Assembly: GCF_000237865.1 (NCBI RefSeq) | Contig: NC_017459.1 | Location: forward strand, 330,001-362,000 | Direction: 5' to 3' | Source: Haloquadratum walsbyi C23 | GTDB lineage: Archaea > Halobacteriota > Halobacteria > Halobacteriales > Haloferacaceae | DNA: 32,000 nt | Shown: piece by piece, positions 18,370 through 28,118 of the stretch | Layout of the letters: every line of letters begins with the position of its first letter | Position numbering within the stretch: the first letter of the stretch is position 1 | Program-made: the position numbers and the translations under genes | The notes under the pieces: generated by a model | Databases searched by the model: none | Told to the model about the DNA's origin: nothing | Seen by the model: the letters and a program-made list of their open reading frames with translations, nothing else

Positions 18370-19092
18370 ATGGACTGTCGGCGGTGTGGAACGCCCTTAG
18401 AACGACCAGGCGATTATTGTCTAGTTTGTGACACCGCCAACTGCGATACAGTCGTCATTGAGTTCGAACGTGACCGAGCAGATGTGACGATGCTTGAAGC
18501 GGAAACGACAATCGCAACAACAACTGTAACCACAGTTCCTGAGGATAATCCGGAGACCCATGTCGTTGAGTTGCGAAATTTTGCTGGAAAGGTTGCAGAT
18601 GAAGTTCGTCGAAAACGACCTGAGACGGTCTTTGCAACCGGCAACCGTGATGTTCTTCGTGAGACGCGTGCACAGGTTCATTATGAATTTTACCGTGTTG
18701 CCGGTGAGCGCCCTGTTGAGCGTGTTCTCGACAAGCGGGGTGAGCGATCACTTGAGGTCGTTGAAACGCCACCACGTGAGAAAATCGGTGGGACACATTC
18801 AACACTCATTGGTGGTCGACCCGGGCGGAAGGCAATCAGCGTCATTGCTGATCATCCACATGTGAAAAAAATAATCCCAGGACCAATTGATGCTGGTGGA
18901 ACAGGATCACAAAGTGGTCTTCGTGCGAAAGTCACCCGATCCGATAATAACGGAAATGTTCGATTATTGCTTCGAGATGGTTCAAGCGTCCAAGAAAATC
19001 GTGTGGTAACAACAGCAATGGATGTTGAAACAGGCGAATACATTCGTGATGACCTCAACGATGCGCTCACGGCCGCAGAATTACGTGAGTGA
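18370..19092 (+). CDS. Conserved archaeal zinc-ribbon protein (COG4031/DUF2103-like; family name recalled, unverified)
   Basis: N-terminal MDCRRCG...YCLVCD zinc ribbon. The C-terminal block GGTHSTLIGGRPG...HPHVKKIIPG...RDGSSVQENRVVTTA has a conserved-domain character. Confidence 0.6.
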   Translation: MDCRRCGTPLERPGDYCLVCDTANCDTVVIEFERDRADVTMLEAETTIATTTVTTVPEDNPETHVVELRNFAGKVADEVRRKRPETVFATGNRDVLRETRAQVHYEFYRVAGERPVERVLDKRGERSLEVVETPPREKIGGTHSTLIGGRPGRKAISVIADHPHVKKIIPGPIDAGGTGSQSGLRAKVTRSDNNGNVRLLLRDGSSVQENRVVTTAMDVETGEYIRDDLNDALTAAELRE

Positions 19093-19334
19093 TTCTGAGA
19101 CAGAATTGTGTATATTCGAATTGTCGATCGATCTTATGTAGCGATGGAACACGGTGAGTGTCCCAAGACTGGAAGTGACACCAAGGTACCTCACAGCGTA
19201 ATCGCAAGATATGCAGATAAATAACACGCCAGCAAACAAAATTGTATTCACAAAGACTGACCTCAGAGTTTCGTAGTGTCGTTAAACCCCATCTCGTAGG
19301 ATTTATACTCGCGCCTCGGATACCATATCATACT

Positions 19335-19613
19335 ATGGCTGAAGAAAAGGCACGGACGACTGGAAGTGCTGGTCGATTCGGAGCACGATATGGACGTGTT
19401 GCACGACGACGGGTCAAAGAAATCGAATCAGAAATGCGTAATGCAAGCATCGATGGTGATGATGTCACCCGTGTTGGAACAGGAATATGGCGAAATGAAG
19501 AGACAGGTGAACTCTTCACCGGTGGAACGTACAATCCGGAAACACCTGGAGGAAAGCAAGTGCAGCGCTCAATCCGTGCTGCGCTTTCAACAGATGGTGA
19601 CGAGGATAACTAA
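19335..19613 (+). CDS. rpl37ae: Ribosomal protein eL43 (L37Ae), cysteine-free variant
   Basis: [22 protein letters not shown]...GTGIW...[13 protein letters not shown] is the eL43 signature. No Cys codon occurs anywhere in the ORF. Confidence 0.9.
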   Translation: MAEEKARTTGSAGRFGARYGRVARRRVKEIESEMRNASIDGDDVTRVGTGIWRNEETGELFTGGTYNPETPGGKQVQRSIRAALSTDGDEDN

Positions 19614-19628
19614 ATATTTTTACATATA

Positions 19629-19763
19629 ATGAGCTATAAGTGTTCTCGCTGTAAGCGTGATGTCGAACTCGAGGAGTATGGCGGCGTTCGATGTCCATTC
19701 TGTGGACATCGTGTGCTATTAAAAGAGCGTGCTCCAGAGATTAAAGAAGTCCCTGTTGAATGA
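19629..19763 (+). CDS. rpoP: DNA-directed RNA polymerase subunit P (Rpo12), 44 aa
   Basis: Hand translation gives [44 protein letters not shown], with a C-x2-C...C-x2-C ribbon. Canonical position immediately after rpl37ae. Too short for the ORF track. Confidence 0.85.
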   Translation: MSYKCSRCKRDVELEEYGGVRCPFCGHRVLLKERAPEIKEVPVE

Positions 19764-19898
19764 TTGTATCGATTATACCAGCCTACAAAGACGTTTTCTT
19801 GCAGTTCAAAACAGTGACTGCGGTCCTTTTTCGCTAAAGAACACAGTGAAAACTCTAGGCGTCATCCGACGTAGTAATTCATAGAATGCAAGGAAATT

Positions 19899-19936
19899 GC
19901 TCCGAGGATTTGATGTGACCCTAAGATGATTCATAT
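19899..19936 (-). repeat. Family-1 palindromic repeat, degenerate short copy
   Basis: The reverse complement reads ATATGAATCATCTTAGGGTCACATCAAATCCTCGGAGC, which aligns with the GTGAAC..CTCGGGGTCACATCAAAGCCCCGAGG core. Confidence 0.5.
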
Positions 19937-19977
19937 TCGGTAGGATGTAGTATGCAACTGAGGATCATCGAAAAATC

Positions 19978-20394
19978 ATGAATATTGATTCGGGTATCGA
20001 TGGGGATACTGCAAAAAGTGATCACAGTGGTAATATTGGCAAAATTGAAATGTCCGCTGACTCATCTCATAATACTATCACAGATATTCATTCATCGGTC
20101 ACAACGGATAGGGAGACCAACAGTGTCAGTCAAAAATGTCATACACTGGAATTAACATGGGATTACACCAGCGTGCAGCATGCACAAGTTGTGCGCTTAG
20201 CCGTCGAGCAAGAAGTCGGAGAAATTGACGATGCACGATCTTGCGCGCAGGTCGAGAATAATGGCACAACTGTCACAGTGAACATTGCTGCAGCAGATCT
20301 AATTGCACTTCGAGCAGGCGCAAATACGTGGACACGATTTGTTGCGGTCGCAGAACAACTATTTAATAGCGCTGATGATCTGAAACTTGAGTGA
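19978..20394 (+). CDS. pcc1: KEOPS subunit Pcc1-like protein with an N-terminal extension (start uncertain: 19978 or 20050)
   Basis: The C-terminal ~80 aa (HTLELTWDY...AQVVRLAVEQEV...TVTVNIAAADLIALRAGANTWTRFVAVAEQL) resemble Pcc1/CTAG. The gene sits in the conserved rpl37ae-rpoP-pcc1-pfdB neighbourhood. Confidence 0.65.
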   Translation: MNIDSGIDGDTAKSDHSGNIGKIEMSADSSHNTITDIHSSVTTDRETNSVSQKCHTLELTWDYTSVQHAQVVRLAVEQEVGEIDDARSCAQVENNGTTVTVNIAAADLIALRAGANTWTRFVAVAEQLFNSADDLKLE

Positions 20395-20616
20395 CCGGTG
20401 ATTGAGAGCATAACTTGTCCGCATATAGTTCGATCTGTATATAATCGAGAAGTTATATAAAACTTAATTGAAATTATTTTCATCTTGAGGAAATTATGGT
20501 CCAATCTCTTCATCGCATACAGTTCTTCTGGATTGAGCGAACGCCCCATGAGAAACGACTTACTCCATCTGTCGAGAATACGGGTCTTTTTCAGTCCGCA
20601 TCTCCCATTAACGAAT

Positions 20617-21006
20617 ATGCAGGGCAATCTGCCACCAGAGGCACAAGAGAAACTCGAAGAGCTGCAGGACCTTCAAGAAACGGCACAGAAGGTGGCAGCC
20701 CAGAAAGATCAAGCTGAGTCGACACTGAATGAGTCTGAAGCGGCGCTTGATGCGCTTGAAGATGTTAATGAGGAAACGATGATGTATCGAGAGGTTGGTG
20801 AATTACTTGTTGAGACGGAGTATGACACCGCTCACGACGAACTTTCAGACAAAGTTGATAGCCTTGAGATTCGTGTTGAGCAACTGCAGAAACAAGAAGA
20901 TCGAGTTCGCGATCAATTCGAAAGTCTTCAAGAAGAACTTCAGCAGATGCTCCAGGGCGGCGCTGGTGGTGGTGGTCCGATGGGTCCTGGCGGCGCTGGT
21001 GCATGA
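20617..21006 (+). CDS. pfdB: Prefoldin beta subunit
   Basis: Coiled coil - beta hairpin - coiled coil layout: [16 protein letters not shown]...[12 protein letters not shown]...[26 protein letters not shown]. Gly-rich tail. Start at the ATG at 20617. Confidence 0.85.
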   Translation: MQGNLPPEAQEKLEELQDLQETAQKVAAQKDQAESTLNESEAALDALEDVNEETMMYREVGELLVETEYDTAHDELSDKVDSLEIRVEQLQKQEDRVRDQFESLQEELQQMLQGGAGGGGPMGPGGAGA

Positions 21007-21022
21007 ACACGAAATTATCGTA

Positions 21023-21283
21023 ATGTCACCCTCGACACCAAGCGATGAAGCCGTAGTTCAAACGGCTGCGGATGCTGCTGAGGGAGTTATTTTCGCTGAA
21101 TACCGACAGTCGACGGTAACCGACGTTGATATTACCGTTAGTTTTGAATCTGGCGTTCTTGAAGTTGATGTGTATCTCAACATACCTGATGATGTCTCAC
21201 CACCAGCCGACGATGTAGCTGATGAGGCTGCGCGAACCGCACAAGCGGCTGTTGATGAACTGTTTGATGAGACACAAGGTTAA
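21023..21283 (+). CDS. Small acidic conserved protein (DUF3194-like; family name recalled, unverified)
   Basis: 86-aa ORF 17 nt after pfdB, with a halophile-type acidic composition. A similar small gene follows pfdB in many archaea. Confidence 0.55.
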   Translation: MSPSTPSDEAVVQTAADAAEGVIFAEYRQSTVTDVDITVSFESGVLEVDVYLNIPDDVSPPADDVADEAARTAQAAVDELFDETQG

Positions 21284-21401
21284 CTTGGAGTCTGGAGAAA
21301 ATCCAACTCTGGGTGTGGTAACTAAACAGATAGACGTCTATTTTGTATCAATTTGATATCAGTGCAAGATATTTACCTGGAGTCCTACCGTGTCTGAGCT
21401 C

Positions 21402-21473
21402 GGTGGAGTTGCAAACCTGAAACTTCCACCACTCACGCGCAGGATTCCTCCGCGTTCACACGGAAGCGAAGAT
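21402..21473 (-). repeat. Family-2 hairpin repeat, copy D (two-hairpin subtype, reverse orientation)
   Basis: The reverse complement ...CGTGTGAACGCGGAGGAATCCTGCGCGTGAGTGGTGGAAGTTTCAGGTTTGCAACTCCACC aligns with 5098-5168. It lies between two convergent gene ends. Confidence 0.7.
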
Positions 21474-21501
21474 TAATACCAGGATATAGTGACACCGTGC
21501 T

Positions 21502-23409
21502 CTAAGCAAACAGAAAAATCACCACACTGACAGCAATGGCAGCAAGCGCCACTGTCACGGCAAACGCTCCACCAATCGAAACAACAGCATTCGCATGGCT
21601 TGCGAGCGTTTCTGTTCGGTCACTGCCAAAGACAGTAACAGACACTCGCTCGACAGCCATCCCACCTGTCACAGTCTCATAATCACGACGTGCCTCTGTG
21701 GTAAGTTCCGTGAGTGTGTTAATGAATATGTCATTATCGATTGCCGAACCAACCTGATTATTTGCCTCGACTGTATTAACTATATGTGTATCTGTTGTCA
21801 TTATTTCTGCAGCGTCAACTGGTCCCTCATCGACAATCGCTTCGATTATCTGACCACGGAGCCCAGGTTCCATGTTATTACCATCAACAAGTACATATGC
21901 AGTCTCATTATCGGCAACTTTCAGGACAGCAACGCGGACGCCCAGTGGTCCAATACCATCCGTTGGGTCCCATGGCGTCTCTGCCCATGCAGTCCCCAGT
22001 TCCATCGGGTATTGCTCAGCTGTTGAAAGGCGATCTCCACATTGTCGAGCCGCACTAATCATGTCAAATGCGCGGGCAGAACCAGGAGTGACATGCCCTA
22101 GAGTAGGACCACTAAGACCGTTGTTAGAGTTATGTGCATCAACAAGCATCACATTACTTAATCCAGTTGTCCGAGCTTCAGCCGACGCTGAAAGACCGAC
22201 ACCATACGCAATATCATCGGCGAATCCCGGCGCATATGTTGAAATTAACAATCCATTGTTTCCAATACACTGCCCGAGCATCGATGACTCTCCAGAGTGG
22301 GTACGAACACTCCGTGTTGCCTCAGTCGCGTATTCGATGCGATTGGCTGCGGTCTCGACGGCATCGATGATTGTGTCAACCTCACGTTCAGTCACAAGAT
22401 TAAAATCGTGACCAGCAGTTGCATGTGGAGGGAATGCAAGTCCATTGGCTGCTGTAGCCACTCGCTCAGGAAGATTTCCTCCGCCAATCTCACCCATTGG
22501 TCCAGGATGTATCATTGGAAGGACAAATCGAGCTTTCTCAACATCATCTAACGTCTTGAATGAAAGCACTGAAACCGGAATTAATGCATCCTCACCGAGT
22601 TGCTGAAAGAATTCCTCAAGTTCACGTGAACCTTCTGCGATGTGACCGATGAATCCACGAAGAAAATCAAGCATTGAAACATTAAGACTCCGACGCCATG
22701 GGCGATCAACAACAATAATAAATCCATACACAGCAAGCGCATAGAGCACAGATGTAATCCCAAGAAGTGCAAAGTGCTCCATCGATATCGCAGATAACTC
22801 TGCTGGAGCTCTTTCAGGACGAGCCAAATATGGCATCATATATGCATCAAGCAACGGTCCGCCAAATGAGATATAGCGTAAGGTACCACTATAGACAAAT
22901 AACAGAACAGCAGCAACGAGTGTCTGGATACTTGCTGGAAGTGCTGCGATCACTAATGATGAACGCGAGACAGCCATCACAATAAGCAGACGAAATGCGA
23001 AGATGGAGGCGAGCGCAACGACAAGAGCATCAAAAATGAATCGCTGACCAAGTCCTGTGATGACTGAGATTACCGCAGCAGTTACAACAATAGTCACAAG
23101 AATCAGTTCAGAGATTAATGCAAGAAGTGATGACCTATTTGCCGTGAGCTTACCTCCCACGAACCGATCAACGCCGGTTGTTGCAAAGGCAGCAACAACT
23201 GTTGGGATTCCAATAAAGAATACACCTTCCCATGCATCACGACCAAAAATAAAGAGTCCACGCCATGTTGTAGCGTACGCGCCAGAATCAAAGGCAGCGA
23301 CACCAACGGCAGCTGCAACGACGATTGCGAACGTAAGGCTAACGTACCACCGCGGAGCACGGAATATGTATCGTGACAGATTTGCAAGTTCGCTTTGTGT
23401 TGTAGTCAT
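21502..23409 (-). CDS. Polytopic membrane protein with a large C-terminal soluble domain (DUF2070/COG3356-like)
   Basis: 635 aa. About 7 N-terminal hydrophobic helices, a soluble region (MIHPGPMGEIGGGNLP, PHATAGHDFN) and a terminal TM helix. Confidence 0.65.
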   Translation of the reverse strand: MTTTQSELANLSRYIFRAPRWYVSLTFAIVVAAAVGVAAFDSGAYATTWRGLFIFGRDAWEGVFFIGIPTVVAAFATTGVDRFVGGKLTANRSSLLALISELILVTIVVTAAVISVITGLGQRFIFDALVVALASIFAFRLLIVMAVSRSSLVIAALPASIQTLVAAVLLFVYSGTLRYISFGGPLLDAYMMPYLARPERAPAELSAISMEHFALLGITSVLYALAVYGFIIVVDRPWRRSLNVSMLDFLRGFIGHIAEGSRELEEFFQQLGEDALIPVSVLSFKTLDDVEKARFVLPMIHPGPMGEIGGGNLPERVATAANGLAFPPHATAGHDFNLVTEREVDTIIDAVETAANRIEYATEATRSVRTHSGESSMLGQCIGNNGLLISTYAPGFADDIAYGVGLSASAEARTTGLSNVMLVDAHNSNNGLSGPTLGHVTPGSARAFDMISAARQCGDRLSTAEQYPMELGTAWAETPWDPTDGIGPLGVRVAVLKVADNETAYVLVDGNNMEPGLRGQIIEAIVDEGPVDAAEIMTTDTHIVNTVEANNQVGSAIDNDIFINTLTELTTEARRDYETVTGGMAVERVSVTVFGSDRTETLASHANAVVSIGGAFAVTVALAAIAVSVVIFLFA

Positions 23410-23436
23410 ATAAAAAAATTTTGAGATGACTACGCG

Positions 23437-23991
23437 CTATTGACACCGAGCTATGAAGTTCTTGAAGACCTCTTCACCGCGCTCAGTATGTGCGACCTCA
23501 GGATGCCACTGGACACCATACCGCTCTTGATCACGATTACTCATTGCTTCGATACGGCACACATCTGATCGTGCCGTTCGTTCAAACCCCTCGGGGACGG
23601 ATTTAACCTCATCAGCATGGCTTGCCCACACACGCGTTTCTGGGGCGAGTGATCCAATGAGTGGGTCGGTATCATCAAGAATCTCAACATCCACATCGGC
23701 GTAGCCACCGTAATCACCAGCAGCGACTGATCCACCAAGTTCGTTCGCGAGTAGTTGCATACCAAGGCAGATACCTAATATTGGAATATCCAATTCAAGA
23801 TATTCTGGACAGTTACCAACTCGATCAATATCGGGACCACCAGAGAGGACGAGCCCATCAGCGGTCTGAATTAGTTGCTCGGGTGATGTCGTGTTATCAA
23901 CGAGCTCGACATCAACCCCAAGATCACGGAGTGCCCGCTGTTCGAGATGCGTAAACTGACCGTGATTATCGATGACAGCGATATGAGTCAT
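23437..23991 (-). CDS. guaA: GMP synthase (glutamine-hydrolysing) subunit A, class I glutamine amidotransferase
   Basis: ILGICLGMQL (nucleophile Cys) and GVQWHPEV (His/Glu) triad motifs. 184 aa from MTHIAVIDN. Confidence 0.85.
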   Translation of the reverse strand: MTHIAVIDNHGQFTHLEQRALRDLGVDVELVDNTTSPEQLIQTADGLVLSGGPDIDRVGNCPEYLELDIPILGICLGMQLLANELGGSVAAGDYGGYADVDVEILDDTDPLIGSLAPETRVWASHADEVKSVPEGFERTARSDVCRIEAMSNRDQERYGVQWHPEVAHTERGEEVFKNFIARCQ

Positions 23992-24258
23992 TCGGTATTC
24001 AGGGATACAACAAAGACAGGCAAAAAGCGCCCGGTCTCGAAACCAGACAGACACATTGTGACGAATACTAGATTTGATAACACAGCTGTTGAAAATATAG
24101 AATTATTTATTTTTATCATACAGTTTGTGACTATATTCGGAATAGATTTATTTTGTGCTTCAAACCAACTAAAAAGTCGTATTCTCAACAACTCATAGAT
24201 AATAAGCCAATAGCATATGAATCTACCTCAGCGGTGGTTCAATATAACGTGAATAATT

Positions 24259-24416
24259 GACATCCTCCTCCGCGTGTAGTAGTTCACAGAAGAACTGGGT
24301 GGTTAACTAGACATGCACCGGTCAGAGTAGTTCTCTCGTATCGAATTAGTGAATCAGCTCACCCAGAAGTTTGTTGAATCACTAAAGGCCGTGGTATTGC
24401 GCCTGCTCAGCATATA
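24259..24416 (+). repeat. Truncated family-2 copy (24259-24276) fused directly to family-3 element copy 2 (24276-24416)
   Basis: GACATCCTCCTCCGCGTG matches the first 17-18 nt of copy C and then runs straight into TAGTAGTTCAC..., the family-3 body. That body ends in the 36-nt block identical to 5704-5739. Confidence 0.65.
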
Positions 24417-24461
24417 ACCGGTAATGTACAGGTATTATTAATCATGAACCGCTGTCAAAGA

Positions 24462-25121
24462 TCAGTCATTATTTTTTTCACTGGCAGGAGAGAAGCCAAG
24501 TTCTTGTTGTTCACGCGCACGGCGCTGTTCCCGAGTGGCGAACGCCTCAGGATCCGGTGACACATCATCTTCTAACCGAGCAATCGATTGGTGGACTTTG
24601 GAATGACACCATCGGCACAATGCGACTGTTATTTCATGACTACAGGTTATTTGTGATTCCGAATTGTTCTGTGTGGTTTCATCGGTGCCCTCACTGGTGT
24701 CTGAGATACCCGAACCCTGAGTAGTATTGTCTCTGTATGAAAGGTGATGCTCTTCAAGAAGCGATTGTGCGTCCGTATCGTGCGCGATACGAACATCTTC
24801 GAGCCCACAGCGAACACAGGCATGCTTAGCGGTCGTTGACCGGTAATGCGGACACTCACGAAAGGCGCTTACAGGAATAGACGGCTCTGCAGATGATGAT
24901 ACATCACTGGAGCCTGTGGACGTTATTTTGTTTTTTTCCTCATATGTGTGAGCAAGACAAGCGTAATTATCCTCCCGTCGGTCTGTCGCAAATTCAGGAT
25001 GATTATCACCCTGTGAGAGAGCGAGTCGACATCGGCCATCGTCTGTCAGATGATCGCAGATATCGGCATGGTCATACGGATCATCAACACCGACAGATGT
25101 CCCATCTGGTGTCTTATACAT
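24462..25121 (-). CDS. Cys/His-rich protein with an HNH-like motif
   Basis: ICDH..GRCRL, CPHYR, CVRCG, then EEHHLSYR ... ALCRWCHSKVH (HNH-like H-H...C-x2-C-H-x3-H). Confidence 0.55.
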   Translation of the reverse strand: MYKTPDGTSVGVDDPYDHADICDHLTDDGRCRLALSQGDNHPEFATDRREDNYACLAHTYEEKNKITSTGSSDVSSSAEPSIPVSAFRECPHYRSTTAKHACVRCGLEDVRIAHDTDAQSLLEEHHLSYRDNTTQGSGISDTSEGTDETTQNNSESQITCSHEITVALCRWCHSKVHQSIARLEDDVSPDPEAFATREQRRAREQQELGFSPASEKNND

Positions 25122-25305
25122 TATATTGAGATTCTATCATCATACTGATGAATAACTATTTAATAAATTGCTGATATTTCCTTACACTAATAATTCTATT
25201 ATTCAGTCCAATTATTTCTTATTCGCCAATTAAATCAATGTATCGTCAATACATAATTGAAATGACGATCGAAATTACATACACCAGCGTATAATCACTT
25301 GCCCT

Positions 25306-25360
25306 GACGTCCTTCCGGCGCTAACGCGCGAGACTTTCTCCTCGATTCTCAGTAATCGAT
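25306..25360 (+). repeat. Family-2 hairpin repeat, copy B
   Basis: GACGTCCTTCCGGCGCTAACGCGCGAGACTTTCTCCTCGATTCTCAGTAATCGAT aligns along its whole length with copy A (2317-2370). Confidence 0.7.
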
Positions 25361-25471
25361 ACAATCCGCATGTGATATGTCGACCGCTGGAATAATAGTA
25401 ATATCACGCTGTTATGTCTAAAGACACGTGTCTATAAGCAGATTTATTCATACTGTATCTGATAACATATT

Positions 25472-25831
25472 ATGTATCTTAAACATATCTCTCATACTGA
25501 TAGTTCTGTAGACACACTCGCGACAGATATCGAAATTGCAGCAACCTGGTGTACACATATTCGTGGATTGATGTTCCGCCGAGATTTCTCCGTTGGGTCT
25601 GCACTCGTATTTCAATTCGATCGCGTCACTCAACGAACGATACATATGCTGTTTGTTTACAGCGATATTGACGTCCTATGGCTCAAAGATGATATCGTTA
25701 AAAAATGCACACGGCTTTCTGCATGGTATGGGATTGGGACTGCGGAGGGAGATACAGTCATCGAACTTCCATCCGGAGTTGCTGGTGCTATTAGCACTGG
25801 CGATACCGTTCGGATTGTTGCAGATGATTAA
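25472..25831 (+). CDS. DUF192 (COG1430) family protein
   Basis: IRGLMFRR...ALVF.F......IHM.FV...IDVLWL...TVIELPSG..G.I..GD.V matches the DUF192 pattern. Confidence 0.65.
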   Translation: MYLKHISHTDSSVDTLATDIEIAATWCTHIRGLMFRRDFSVGSALVFQFDRVTQRTIHMLFVYSDIDVLWLKDDIVKKCTRLSAWYGIGTAEGDTVIELPSGVAGAISTGDTVRIVADD

Positions 25832-26026
25832 AACGCGTGTGCGCCTCGATTATACTGCTAAACGTTCTCGGCATTGGGTCATTAAAATCCCTCGATTGTG
25901 TTCGACTGCTGCTCAGTGCAGAGAATCTGAGTTTGTGCATACGTTATCGGATTGTTAGGTGAGTATTATCGAAAAACAGATAGTTTATATACATTCAAAA
26001 ATACCAGTCATATGAGTATATGACTC

Positions 26027-27622
26027 GTGGTCGATTTATTCGGGGGTAACCCCGGCATACCCCTTGCATCCGCTTTGGATTCTGACGGTACGGTACAGCT
26101 CCTCGATACAACACTTCGAGATGGTGAACAAGCACCTGGTATATCGCTTGATCCCGATGAAAAAGCCGAAATCGCTCGTGAACTTGACCGCTCTGGGATT
26201 GAGTTTATTGAGGCTGGCAGCGCCTGTACCGGTGAAGGTGAGCGAGAGACAATCCGACAGGTAACAGGGCTTGATCTTGATGCAACCGTTACAAGTTTCG
26301 CTCGTGGTGTCAAATCCGATATTGAACTCGCAGTTGATTGCGGCGTTGATGGAGTAACGATCGTTGTTCCTGCGAGCGACCAACATATCGAAACAAAGGT
26401 TGGATCAACACGATCAGAGGTAGTCACAACGACCGCTGAGCTGGTTGAATATGCCAAAGATCATGACCTCTGGGTTGAAGTCATTGGTGAGGATGGTTCA
26501 CGGGCTGATATCGAGTTCCTTGAGAGATTGATGCGAGAAGCACTCGATGCTGGTGCCGACCGGTCATGTTATGCTGATACGGTTGGACACGCTAATCCCG
26601 AGACGACGTATGAGTATGTGTCACGACTTGCAGCGCTTGGTCCAGTCTCAACACATACGCATGATGATCTTGGACTTGCAATGACAAATGTATGGGTCAG
26701 TCTTGCTGCTGGGGCTGACCTTGTCCACGGTACAGTCAATGGGATTGGTGAACGGGCTGGAAACGTTGCACTGGAAGAAGTCGCAATTGCACTCGCACAT
26801 GGTTACGATATCGAGACAGCAACGCTTGATCAGTTGTACTCTCTTGCGCAGACCGTCTCACAAGCGACTAATATACCCCTACCGCCAAATAAAGCGGTTA
26901 TTGGTGAAAATGCGTTCACGCATGAAAGTGGGATCCATACGGATGGAACACTGAAAGATAAGACGATGTACGAGCCGTATTCACCGTCATCTGTTGGTCG
27001 TGAGCGGCGGCTTGTTCTCGGGAAACACGCTGGGCGCGCAGGTGTTCAAGCAGCACTCGATGAACATCGCATTGACGTGTCCGAAGATGAGGTCACAGCC
27101 ATCGTCGACCGTGTCAAAGAGCTTGGAGACCGTGATAAGCGTGTGACTGATGCTGATCTACTCACGATTGCTGAGGAAGTCCAAGGGCGCGAGCGAGACC
27201 GTCATGTTGAGCTTCTTGATTTAACAGCAGCATCTGGCGGAGGAACACCAACGGCATCAATTCGACTTCGTGTTGGTGAGAATGAGCGCGTTGCGTCCGG
27301 GACTGGAAGTGGTCCGGTTGATGCTGCTGTTGAAGCAGTTCGAGCAGCACTTGGCACAGATGCAGATGCACAATTAGACTCATATCATGTTGATGCGATC
27401 ACTGGTGGAACAGACGCTATGGTGACAGTTGAGGTTGAAATGTCGCGCGGTGATCGGACTGTCTCTGTTGCAACATCTGACTCTGATATCACACGATGTA
27501 GCGTTGAGGCAATGGTTGAAGCGCTTGATCGACTCCTCTCAGTTGATACCGGTGGTACATCGTCGAATTCTGAATCCGACGTCGATGTTGACGCTGATGA
27601 TGTGAGTCTTGCTGATGATTAA
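26027..27622 (+). CDS. 2-isopropylmalate synthase / (R)-citramalate synthase (LeuA/CimA family), GTG start
   Basis: LLDTTLRDGEQAPG, HTHDDLGLA and HESGIH catalytic motifs plus a C-terminal LeuA-dimer regulatory domain. The substrate cannot be assigned from the sequence alone. Confidence 0.9.
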   Translation: MVDLFGGNPGIPLASALDSDGTVQLLDTTLRDGEQAPGISLDPDEKAEIARELDRSGIEFIEAGSACTGEGERETIRQVTGLDLDATVTSFARGVKSDIELAVDCGVDGVTIVVPASDQHIETKVGSTRSEVVTTTAELVEYAKDHDLWVEVIGEDGSRADIEFLERLMREALDAGADRSCYADTVGHANPETTYEYVSRLAALGPVSTHTHDDLGLAMTNVWVSLAAGADLVHGTVNGIGERAGNVALEEVAIALAHGYDIETATLDQLYSLAQTVSQATNIPLPPNKAVIGENAFTHESGIHTDGTLKDKTMYEPYSPSSVGRERRLVLGKHAGRAGVQAALDEHRIDVSEDEVTAIVDRVKELGDRDKRVTDADLLTIAEEVQGRERDRHVELLDLTAASGGGTPTASIRLRVGENERVASGTGSGPVDAAVEAVRAALGTDADAQLDSYHVDAITGGTDAMVTVEVEMSRGDRTVSVATSDSDITRCSVEAMVEALDRLLSVDTGGTSSNSESDVDVDADDVSLADD

Positions 27623-27630
27623 GTAGGGAT

Positions 27631-27675
27631 GACATCCTTCACGCGGTAAACAGCGGGATTCTCTCGCTGTTAAAG
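27631..27675 (+). repeat. Family-2 hairpin repeat, copy F (diverged)
   Basis: GACATCCTTCACGCGGTAAACAGCGGGATTCTCTCGCTG starts 9 nt after the LeuA/CimA stop codon. Confidence 0.55.
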
Positions 27676-27749
27676 ATAGCCAGCTAATGACGTATCAATT
27701 TTCATCATAAGCGACTAGTTATTCATCTTCTTATACTTGTACATCTACC

Positions 27750-28118
27750 GTGAGCACGTTCCTTGTTGATATCAAACCATCTGCGCGGCGAACGAATGGA
27801 TCCGTTGGGGAGATCATTCGCGATCAAGGAAGTCGTCACCAATTCGATACCCGTGCAGATGCAGAAAAATGGGCTGCGAAGCTTGCAGTATGTGGTAGGG
27901 CAACAGTTTGGATCCGAGCAGCAAATCCATCAGATAGATCTGATATTGATGCATATCTGCTTGGGCGATACACACCATCGTCGCTCTCATCGCAACCACG
28001 AACTCAACCCAAGATGGCTGTCGCATCAGAGACAGATGGAGTCTCTGAGAACGACAATAATAACAGGAATACAACAACCGAGCAATATACCCTCTCAATG
28101 ACCCAATCTGTTGAATGA
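27750..28118 (+). CDS. Hypothetical protein (GTG start)
   Basis: The longest ORF in this stretch with a plausible composition. No motif recognised. Overlapping ORFs in other frames look non-protein-like. Confidence 0.4.
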   Translation: MSTFLVDIKPSARRTNGSVGEIIRDQGSRHQFDTRADAEKWAAKLAVCGRATVWIRAANPSDRSDIDAYLLGRYTPSSLSSQPRTQPKMAVASETDGVSENDNNNRNTTTEQYTLSMTQSVE

